The notes below the pieces were generated by a model. It was not told the DNA's origin, did not search any database, and saw nothing but the letters and a program-made list of their open reading frames with translations. Shown here in pieces: positions 55,836 through 64,000 of a stretch of DNA of 64,000 nt; positions within the stretch are counted from its first letter, which is position 1, and each line of letters begins with the position of its first letter. Position numbers and translations under genes: made by a program. This stretch comes from an uncultured Clostridium sp. (GTDB taxonomy: Bacteria > Bacillota > Clostridia > TANB77 > CAG-508), in NCBI GenBank assembly GCA_946411515.1, contig CAMKEH010000001.1, forward strand, positions 173,204 to 237,203, written 5' to 3'.

Positions 55836-56549
55836 ATGTTATCAGCACTTTGTATGACAGGTATACTTGGTTTTTTTGAATTTTTAAAATCAGCTGTCTT
55901 TCTCGTTCGGATACATTCAAGGAGGAAATTTATTTCCAGAGCCTTTAACTTCAGAAGAAGAAAAACAATATCTAATTCAAATGTCTAAAGGAGATGAAGA
56001 AGCAAGAAATATTTTAATTGAAAGAAATTTAAGATTAGTTGCTCATGTAGCTAAAAAATATAGTAACTCAAAAGTTGATCAGGATGACTTAATATCAATT
56101 GGAACTATAGGTTTAATAAAAGGAATTAATAGTTTTAATATAGAAAAAGGATCTAGACTTTCTACATATGTATCTCGTTGTATTGATAATGAAATATTAA
56201 TGCATTTTAGAGCAACTAAGAAATTGCGGTGCAGAAGTATACTTAAATGAGCCGATTGGTAAAGATAAGGATGATAATGTTGTTACACTGCAAGAAGTTT
56301 TAGAAAATAATGAAAGAAATATTGAAGATATTGTAGATATAAAAATGAAGATAAAAATATTATATAAAAAAATGAAAGAAATTTTAAAAGATCGCGAAAA
56401 AACTATTTTAGAACTTAGATTTGGACTTCGGAGGAAAAAAGCCTAAAACTCAAAATGAAATTGCAAAAATGATGGGGATTTCTCGTTCTTATGTATCTAG
56501 AATAGAAACAAAAGCTATTAATAAATTAGCAAAAGAAATAAAAGAGTAA
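55836..56549 (+). CDS. sigK: Pro-sigma-K sporulation sigma factor (236 aa after three +1 shifts at CGG 55908, 56227, 56429)
   Basis: RBS GGAGGTG, hydrophobic pro-sequence, GYI..GNLFPEPL, LIERNLRLVAH, EVYLNEPIGKDKD, TQNEIAKMMGISRSYVSRIE. Confidence 0.92.
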
Positions 56550-56641
56550 ATGAATGAAAATTCATTTACTCTTTATCTATAATATTTTAATTATTTAAAT
56601 TAAACATTGAAACAAAAAATGTCTGTCCCCTTTGTTTCATT

Positions 56642-57878
56642 TTATTTTTTTCTTCTAATTATCCAGTCTTTTTCACATTTGATTGGTAATTTCATTTTTA
56701 CTTTTTGTCCTTTCACTCCTGGACTTATTTCATTTATCTTTTCTTCTGTATCCACATCATAAAGTTCTTCTATCTTAAATTCTAAAGGTTCTATTTTATT
56801 TGGAATAATTATTTCTAAAGTATCTCCTACAATAAGTTTATTTTTTATTTCTATTGTAAATAAATTTTTAGTTTCATCATACTCTACTACTTTTCCACCA
56901 AATTCATAATCTTCATTATATTGTCTTCCTGAATATTCTTGAATATCTTTATTATTTCTATCATTAAAATAAAATGTTGTTAATCCTCTTGTTTTTACTT
57001 TTTCTAATTCTTTTAAGTATTTTTCATAATTATAATTTTTAGGATCTTTTTTATAATCATCTATTGCATTTCTATATGCATTTACAACACTTGCTAAATA
57101 ATATTCTGTTTTTAATCTTCCTTCAATTTTTAAACTATCTACTCCCATATCAAGTATTTCAGGTATTTCTTTTATTAAGCACAAATCTTTTGATGAAAAT
57201 ATACTTGTTCCATATTTATCAATTTCAATTGGCATAAATTCTCCGTGGGTTGTTTTTTTCTTCAGCATATAAATTATAAGACCATCTACAGCTTTGACTA
57301 CAATCTCCTAAGTTTGCACTTCTACATGATAAAAAGTCACTTAAGAAACATCTACCAGAAAATGCAAAACATATTGCTCCATGAATAAATATTTCTACTT
57401 CCATACCTTCTGGCTTATTTTCCATTATATATTTTAATTGCTCTTTATTCATTTCTCTTGCCATTATCATTCTTTTGCAACCTTGATTATACCAGAAATT
57501 ACAACTATGCAAACTTACTAAATTTGCTTGAGTACTTACATTTATTGCTACACTTGGTGCATATTGCTTTAATACATCTATTACTCCACCATCTGCTGCT
57601 ATTATTCCATCAGGTTTTAATATTTCTAGTTTTTTTGCCATTTCGATTATTTCATCATATTTTTCATCCCAAGCAAATATATTTAATGTTACATACACTT
57701 TTTTACCTATTTTATGTGCATATTCTATTGTTTTTTCTAAATCATCATTTTCCATATCAGCCCTTGTTCTAAGTGATAGTGATGAAGTACCACAATATAC
57801 TGCATCTGCACCATATAGAAAGGCTATTTTTGCTTTTTTGAAAGATCCTGCTGGTGCTAGTAATTCTACTTGTTTCAT
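56642..57878 (-). CDS. U32 peptidase family protein (TrhP-like tRNA hydroxylase; 411 aa after +1 shift at CGG 57243-57245)
   Basis: ELLAPAG, HGAIC..SGRC, GDCSQSCRW, then NP-G-EFMPI, SKDLC, SLKIEGR. Confidence 0.9.
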
Positions 57879-58883
57879 TTATTTTTCTTCTCCTTTTTCT
57901 TCTCCTTTTTCTTCTCCTCTAGCCCTTTTAGTTATTAATTCTGGATATAATGTCTCTAACGTTTTACGGGAAGATCTAATACGCATAGGTATAATTTTTC
58001 CGTTTTTGTCTCTTTTTAAATCAGAAGTATACATTGTTGGAACTTGAGATAATGGTATTTTTCCATTTAATTGATCATATACTTTTTGCATTTCACTACT
58101 TGAAAGTCCTTTATAGCCATCATGCCTAGCTTCGCCAATATTAGCTTCTATTGCCACTTGTATAGTTTTAAATTGGAATTCTATAAAAGGTATATTCTCA
58201 TTATTTTCAATCTCTTTTTGCTTTTCTAGATATTTTTCTTCTGCCTTTTGTAAATCGTTTTCTAATTCATTAATATGTTTATTACTCATTCTTAATTTTA
58301 TTGAATTACTATAATTTTCAAAATCATTTTTATATTCATCAAAATATTTAATTTTCTTTTCTTTTTCTGAATTTTCTTTTTCTTTATTTTTTTCTGATAA
58401 ACCATTATAAAAATTATTATATTCTTCATTTATGTCTATTTTTCTATCCAATAAATCCTTAAAAGTTTTTGTTAATACATTTCTACTAACTGGATATCCT
58501 ATAATATGATATGCTTCATATCCATTATCTTTTTTATGTATTTTTTCTTGTATTGTTTTAATAGTTCCTTTAATTAGATCAGATACAAAAAATTTTTCAC
58601 CAGGTGTTGCAAAATCAATTTCCATTCCAAATACATCATCTAAAGCTTTTTCACCATTATCATTTGTTATAGCACTTTCCGGTGCTTTAATACGAGCATT
58701 AAACTTAGTAAAGTCTGATACTATTCTATAATCTTTTAAAATACATAATACTTCGTTAATATAATTAATATACAGTTCAAATTGTTCTTCTTGTTGGGCT
58801 TTATATATTTCATATAATTTTGCTTTTTGTTGATCATTTGGTTCAGCTACTTTTATACTATCTCTAAATGATTTTTCTTCCAT
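57879..58883 (-). CDS. Divergent RelA/SpoT-type nucleotidyltransferase domain protein
   Basis: ARIKAPES, DDVFG, NGYEAYH, EFQFKT and HDGYK appear in RelA/SpoT synthetase order. Confidence 0.55.
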   Translation of the reverse strand: MEEKSFRDSIKVAEPNDQQKAKLYEIYKAQQEEQFELYINYINEVLCILKDYRIVSDFTKFNARIKAPESAITNDNGEKALDDVFGMEIDFATPGEKFFVSDLIKGTIKTIQEKIHKKDNGYEAYHIIGYPVSRNVLTKTFKDLLDRKIDINEEYNNFYNGLSEKNKEKENSEKEKKIKYFDEYKNDFENYSNSIKLRMSNKHINELENDLQKAEEKYLEKQKEIENNENIPFIEFQFKTIQVAIEANIGEARHDGYKGLSSSEMQKVYDQLNGKIPLSQVPTMYTSDLKRDKNGKIIPMRIRSSRKTLETLYPELITKRARGEEKGEEKGEEK

Positions 58884-58886
58884 TTT

Positions 58887-59483
58887 TTAAATTCCTCCTA
58901 CTATTTTACTTACAGCAAGTCCATCTCCAACTTCTAAAATTTCAGTTTCCAAGTTTGGATTTTCACTAATTTCTTTTATGTATTCTCTTAAATTTCTTAC
59001 AGCAGTACGTTGTTTATGTTTATTATAATCACTTAATACATATCCTTTATACAATATATTATCTGCAAATATAATTCCATTTTTATTTATCATTCTTAAT
59101 GATTCTTTTAAAAAAAACGGATATTTTCCTTTTGCAGCATCAATGAATACTGCATCATATTTATTATTCAGTATTGGTAATATTTCTACAGCATCACCTT
59201 CATAAATATGTATTACTTGTTCTAAATCCATATTTTTGATATTTATTTTTGCTTCTTTTATTCTTTCTTCATCTCGTTCTATTGTATCAATAATTCCGTC
59301 TTTGTCAAGAAACTTAGAAAAACATATTGCAGAATATCCTACAGCTGTTCCTATTTCTAATATTCTTTTTGGTTTCATTTTTACTAAATATTTTTCAATT
59401 ACCTCTAATGTATCATCCATTATTATTGGAATATGATCTTCTAATGCTTTTTTCTTTATTTTATCTAGCATCATCTTCTTCAT
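58887..59483 (-). CDS. O-methyltransferase (TrmR/YrrM-like)
   Basis: ILEIGTAVGYS, FIDAAKG.Y, ADNIL; this family is typically adjacent to U32 genes. Confidence 0.9.
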   Translation of the reverse strand: MKKMMLDKIKKKALEDHIPIIMDDTLEVIEKYLVKMKPKRILEIGTAVGYSAICFSKFLDKDGIIDTIERDEERIKEAKINIKNMDLEQVIHIYEGDAVEILPILNNKYDAVFIDAAKGKYPFFLKESLRMINKNGIIFADNILYKGYVLSDYNKHKQRTAVRNLREYIKEISENPNLETEILEVGDGLAVSKIVGGI

Positions 59484-59922
59484 CCTTACCTTTTTCTTCT
59501 TGAATTAATTTTTTACTTTCTTCTGCTACCCATAAGTCAACATCTTCTTTTCCTATTACAGGGCTTCCTATGTTTCTATTTAGTTTATTTGCTGCCTTAT
59601 ATGCATCTTCTATTCTATTTTCTTTTCTATATGCTTCAAATATTGTTTTTATAGGATCAATTCCAATCCAGCCCATTAATATTATATCAGAATATACCTC
59701 TTTTCCTAGCCTATCATTTATCATTTTTTTAGCTGAATTGTATCCATTTTTTTCATATTCTTGTAAAAATACTTCTCTAAGACCATTTTGTCTGACTCTT
59801 TTTTCTTTTTTATGCATCATAACATCAGTAAGACTACATATTCTCTCATGATGTATTTTTCTTTGAATATCATTATCTGGTCCAAATTTTCCAGTTTTAT
59901 CATTAATATATCTATTTCTCAT
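59461..59922 (-). CDS. Hypothetical protein
   Basis: 153-aa ORF in the operon; no motif recognised. Confidence 0.6.
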   Translation of the reverse strand: MRNRYINDKTGKFGPDNDIQRKIHHERICSLTDVMMHKKEKRVRQNGLREVFLQEYEKNGYNSAKKMINDRLGKEVYSDIILMGWIGIDPIKTIFEAYRKENRIEDAYKAANKLNRNIGSPVIGKEDVDLWVAEESKKLIQEEKGKDEEDDAR

Positions 59923-59954
59923 AATTACATTCTACCTTTACTAATCATATTATT

Positions 59955-61772
59955 TTATTGTTTACTTCTTGCTGCTCTTTCTCTTTCTTTAGAATCTAAT
60001 ATTTTCTTTCTTAATCTTATTGATTTTGGTGTTACTTCTACTAATTCATCATCTTGAATAAACTCAATTGCTTTTTCTAAAGACATTTGAATTGGTGGAA
60101 CTAAACGAAGTGCATCATCAGAACCAGAAGCTCTAGTATTTGTTAAATGTTTTTCTTTACATACATTTATCGCTAAATCTTCTCCTCTAGAATTTAATCC
60201 AACAATCATTCCTTCATATACTTCAACACCAGGTCCAATAAATAAATCACCTTTGTCTTGTGCATTATATAATCCATATGTTACAGATTTTCCATTTTCA
60301 AATGCAACTATTGTTCCTCTAACACGAGCTTGGATATCTCCTTTATATGGTTCATATGAATCAAATATATGATTCATTGTTCCTTCACCTTTTGTATCTG
60401 TTAAGAATTCTGTTCTATATCCAATTATACCTCTTGCAGGTATTTTAAATTCTATTTTTGTATGTCCTAGTTCTGCAGGTTCCATATTAACCATTTCAGC
60501 TTTTCTTCTACCTAATTTTTCTATAACATTTCCTACACAATCATCTGGTACATTTACAACTAATAATTCAATTGGTTCACATTTTACTCCATCAATTTCT
60601 TTAAATATAACTTTTGGTCTTGAAACTAATAATTCAAAACCTTCTCTTCTCATTGTTTCAATTAAAACTGATAAATGAAGTTCTCCTCTTCCTGATACTT
60701 CAAAGCTATCTGGTGAATCTGTTTCTTTTACTCTTAAAGATACATTTTTTTCTAGCTCTTTAAATAATCTATCTCTTATATGTCTTGAAGTAATAAATTG
60801 TCCTTCTTTTCCTGCAAAAGGTCCATTATTTACACTAAATGTCATTGAAACTGTTGGTTCATCTATATCTACAAATGGAATTTTTTCTGGATGTTCAAAA
60901 TCACAAACAGTATCTCCAATATTAATATCAGAAAGTCCTGCAAGTTCTATAATATCTCCTGCTTTTCCTTCTTCTACTTCAACTTTATTTAATCCAACAT
61001 GTGTATATACTTTTGCAATTCTTCCTTGTGTAATTTTATCTTCTTTTCCACAAATAGAAACTGGCATTCCTGATTTTATAATACCTCTCTCTACTCTTCC
61101 TACTGCTATTCTTCCAACATAATCATCATAATCGATATTAGATACTAGCATTTGAGCTGGGCCTTCTTCATCACAATCAGGTGCTTTAATTGTATTTATT
61201 ATTGTTTCAAATAGACATGATAAATCATTTGTCTCTTCATTCAAGTCCATTTTTGCAATTCCATTTTTTGCAGATGCATATACAACTGGAAAATCCAATT
61301 GTTCATCTGTTGCATCAAGTTCAATAAATAATTCTATAACTTGGTCTACAACTTTATCTGGAGTTGCTCCTGGTCTATCTATTTTATTAATAACAACTAT
61401 TGGTTTTAATCCTAATGCTAATGATTTCTTTAAAACTTCTCTTGTTTGAGGCATTGCTCCTTCAAAAGCATCTACTAATAAAAGAACTCCATCTACAGTT
61501 TTTAGAACTCTTTCTACTTCTCCTCCAAAATCAGCATGTCCTGGAGTATCAACTATATTTATTTTAATATCTCCATGCATAACAGAAGTATTTTTAGAAA
61601 GTATTGTTATTCCTCTTTCTTTCTCTTGGTCATTTGAATCCATTATTCTTTCTTGTACTTGTTCATTTTCTCTAAATATGTTACTTTGTCTAAGCATGGC
61701 ATCTACTAATGTGGTTTTTCCATGGTCTACGTGTGCAATTATTGCTATATTTCTTATTTTTTGATTGTTCAT
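59955..61772 (-). CDS. typA: Translational GTPase TypA/BipA
   Basis: AHVDHGKTT, RGITI, DTPGHADFGGE, GRGELHL, VTPKSIRLRK. Confidence 0.98.
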   Translation of the reverse strand: MNNQKIRNIAIIAHVDHGKTTLVDAMLRQSNIFRENEQVQERIMDSNDQEKERGITILSKNTSVMHGDIKINIVDTPGHADFGGEVERVLKTVDGVLLLVDAFEGAMPQTREVLKKSLALGLKPIVVINKIDRPGATPDKVVDQVIELFIELDATDEQLDFPVVYASAKNGIAKMDLNEETNDLSCLFETIINTIKAPDCDEEGPAQMLVSNIDYDDYVGRIAVGRVERGIIKSGMPVSICGKEDKITQGRIAKVYTHVGLNKVEVEEGKAGDIIELAGLSDINIGDTVCDFEHPEKIPFVDIDEPTVSMTFSVNNGPFAGKEGQFITSRHIRDRLFKELEKNVSLRVKETDSPDSFEVSGRGELHLSVLIETMRREGFELLVSRPKVIFKEIDGVKCEPIELLVVNVPDDCVGNVIEKLGRRKAEMVNMEPAELGHTKIEFKIPARGIIGYRTEFLTDTKGEGTMNHIFDSYEPYKGDIQARVRGTIVAFENGKSVTYGLYNAQDKGDLFIGPGVEVYEGMIVGLNSRGEDLAINVCKEKHLTNTRASGSDDALRLVPPIQMSLEKAIEFIQDDELVEVTPKSIRLRKKILDSKERERAARSKQ

Positions 61773-61872
61773 TTTTATTACCCCTTTACATAACTTAAGA
61801 CGTCTTCAAAATTTTCTTTGAAAAACGTCTATTCTTCTCTTAAAAAGCTTCTAATATTATACTATAATTAGG

Positions 61873-62514
61873 CTATTTTGTCAAACTTATAATGTTATCC
61901 ATAATTTCTTTTGTAACCTTATCTAATGTTTCTTTATCTTTTGCTCCTTTATACTCACTAAAATCTAATGGTTTACCATATGTAACAGTTACTTTCCAGT
62001 TTCCTCTTTCTCCACCTTTTATTCCACATGGTATTACTTTTGATCCGCTTCTTAAAGCAAAAAATGCAGCTCCATCTTTTACATCTTCACCTTTTGCTAA
62101 ACCATTTCTTGTACCTTCTGGAAATAATGCTAAACAGTCTCCATTTTTTAGTGTCTTTAAAGATTCTTTTATAGCAGTAACTTCTTTTGAATCTTTTTTG
62201 ACTAGTATTGCATCAAAAACTTTTCCTAAAAATTTTAAAAATAGATGTTTTGTTAATTCTTCTTTAGCAAGAAATCTTGTATATCTTCCACAAGTCACTT
62301 CAATTACTGGTGGATCTAGAAAGCTCTTATGGTTTCCACAAATAATTATTGGTCCTTTTTTAGGAATATTTTCTTTTCCTACAACTTTCATTCTATATAT
62401 AATTTTACAATAAATATAAATTGCACCTTTAACAATTCCTCTCCCTATTTTCTTAAAAAACTCTTTCATTTTATTATCCCTTCTTAAAAGTATTAATATT
62501 TTTTCATTTTTCAT
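61873..62514 (-). CDS. plsC: 1-acyl-sn-glycerol-3-phosphate acyltransferase
   Basis: NHKSFLD, FLAK, FPEGTR; start may be the internal Met at 62469. Confidence 0.92.
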   Translation of the reverse strand: MKNEKILILLRRDNKMKEFFKKIGRGIVKGAIYIYCKIIYRMKVVGKENIPKKGPIIICGNHKSFLDPPVIEVTCGRYTRFLAKEELTKHLFLKFLGKVFDAILVKKDSKEVTAIKESLKTLKNGDCLALFPEGTRNGLAKGEDVKDGAAFFALRSGSKVIPCGIKGGERGNWKVTVTYGKPLDFSEYKGAKDKETLDKVTKEIMDNIISLTK

Positions 62515-63188
62515 TTTCTATTTTTTCGTTTTCTGTTTATTGTTTCTGTAACTTTATTTACTACTTCTTCTATAGACATATCACTTGAATCAATATAAAT
62601 AGCATCTTCTGCTTGTTTTAATGCTCCTATTTCTTTTTTCTTATCATTTTCATCTCTTTTTCTTATATTTTCCAATATTTCTTCATAACTCATTTCAATT
62701 CCAGCTTCTATATTTTGTTTATATCTTCTTTTTGCTCTTTCTTCTTCAGAAGCATCCAAATATATTTTTAAATCTGCATTTGGAAATACATATGTTCCAA
62801 TATCTCTTCCTTCCATTATAACATCCTTGTCTTTTGCTAAATTTCTAAATATATCATTTAACTTAAATCTAACTTCTTTAATTGCTGAAACTGGTGATAC
62901 AATTTTCGCAACATCTTTTTGTCTAATTCTATCTGTCACATTTTCTCCATCTAAATAAATTACATCTTTACCATTTTCAATTTTAAATTCTATATTTATA
63001 CTTTCTAGTAATTTAATTATTTTTTGAGGTTCATCTATTGTTATTCCTTCTTTTATTGATTGAAGTGCAACACATCTATAAGCTGCCCCTGATCCAATAT
63101 TTATTAGTCCCAATTTTTTACTTATTATTTCTGTTATTGTTCCTTTTCCAGAACCTGCTGGTCCATCTATTGCTACTATAAATGACAT
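62511..63188 (-). CDS. cmk: Cytidylate kinase
   Basis: AIDGPAGSGKGT, MEGRDIGT. Confidence 0.96.
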   Translation of the reverse strand: MSFIVAIDGPAGSGKGTITEIISKKLGLINIGSGAAYRCVALQSIKEGITIDEPQKIIKLLESINIEFKIENGKDVIYLDGENVTDRIRQKDVAKIVSPVSAIKEVRFKLNDIFRNLAKDKDVIMEGRDIGTYVFPNADLKIYLDASEEERAKRRYKQNIEAGIEMSYEEILENIRKRDENDKKKEIGALKQAEDAIYIDSSDMSIEEVVNKVTETINRKRKNRK

Positions 63189-63191
63189 ATA

Positions 63192-64000
63192 TTATTCCTC
63201 TCCTTTTTGTGGTACATATATATTTTTAGCTACTACATCTAATTCTACGACATTCATTGCTGTTAATTTTTCTATCTCTTTTTTTGCTTTTTTCTTAAAA
63301 TCATTTAATCCGTCTCTTACATTAAAGCCATAAACTATACTTACTTCCATATAAATTTTAGCACCTTCACCAAAATTATCCACTCTAGTTTTTAATATTT
63401 TATATATTGCTGGTGTTTGTACAGCTAAATATTCCAATATTTGTCTAAAAACTAAATCTGATATAGTAAATTTACCTAGATAACTAAATGTAGGTCTTAT
63501 TATTGATTTCTCTGATACATAAGGTTTTTGTCCTTTTCCTTTTGATTTAAATATTTGAAGTGGATCTAATAAATATCCTGAAAAATCTTTTTTAATTTCA
63601 AATGTTGGAACAGGAATTACATGTTTTCCTTCTGTTACTCTAATTCTTCTTGCAGTTTGCATTTCTTCTTCTGTTGCAACATCTGTTATATAAATAGTTT
63701 CTGTTATCTCTGGTAATCCTAAATTTGCAGCTATTTTTTGTACCATTCCATCTGATGTTCCAAGTATCAAAACACTTTCAGGTTTATACTTTTTAAAAGC
63801 TTTTATTACAGGTTCTCTTTCTGTTTCTTCATAAAAAAGAGCATGCTTAACAGTAGCAACTTTTGTTGCAGCTTTTTTTGCAGATTCTCCAGCTACTACT
63901 TCATTATCTTTTATTAATAAACCATCATCTATAATAAAATTTATATTTCTTTCACTTGCTACCATTTGAGCTCTATAGCTTTTTCCAGTTCCAGAAGGGC
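63192..64000 (-). CDS. P-loop + Asp23/Gls24-like protein (5' end outside window)
   Basis: Frame is open to the window edge (PSGTGKSYRAQMVA); clostridial SIIRPTFSYLG motif. Confidence 0.7.
   Translation of the reverse strand, partial: PSGTGKSYRAQMVASERNINFIIDDGLLIKDNEVVAGESAKKAATKVATVKHALFYEETEREPVIKAFKKYKPESVLILGTSDGMVQKIAANLGLPEITETIYITDVATEEEMQTARRIRVTEGKHVIPVPTFEIKKDFSGYLLDPLQIFKSKGKGQKPYVSEKSIIRPTFSYLGKFTISDLVFRQILEYLAVQTPAIYKILKTRVDNFGEGAKIYMEVSIVYGFNVRDGLNDFKKKAKKEIEKLTAMNVVELDVVAKNIYVPQKGEE

Noticed and set aside
55836-56549. skin-type excision element interrupting sigK
   Set aside because: The coding sequence is contiguous apart from single extra Cs; no inserted element or adjacent recombinase

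Overview
This is an AT-rich Firmicutes (Clostridia-like, spore-forming) chromosomal segment, mostly encoded on the minus strand. It carries housekeeping genes (rny, metG, rlmD, pyrG, greA, pgsA, ftsEX, transketolase, sigK, typA, plsC, cmk), four tRNA genes, 6S RNA and a yybP-ykoY riboswitch. It also holds a cluster of nucleotide house-cleaning enzymes and two integrative elements stacked at tRNA-Leu(TAG). The main signal is an apparent recoding rule. Ten genes, including the essential metG, ftsX and sigK (three times), are broken at 12 sites, and every break falls on an in-frame CGG codon. Skipping one base (C-GGN read as Gly GGN) restores an open frame each time, and restores a family motif and normal length where one can be judged. 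On manual inspection the intact AT-rich genes contain no in-frame CGG. This suggests systematic +1 frameshifting or four-base decoding at CGG; a systematic assembly artefact still has to be excluded with reads. Secondary findings are a Fst-like type I toxin-antitoxin candidate, an orphan MazF-like toxin with a downstream repeat sRNA, a Cys-less sortase fused to an LPXTG protein, a possible DGR target gene and a divergent RelA/SpoT-like protein. All product calls come from motif recognition by eye; no database searches were run.
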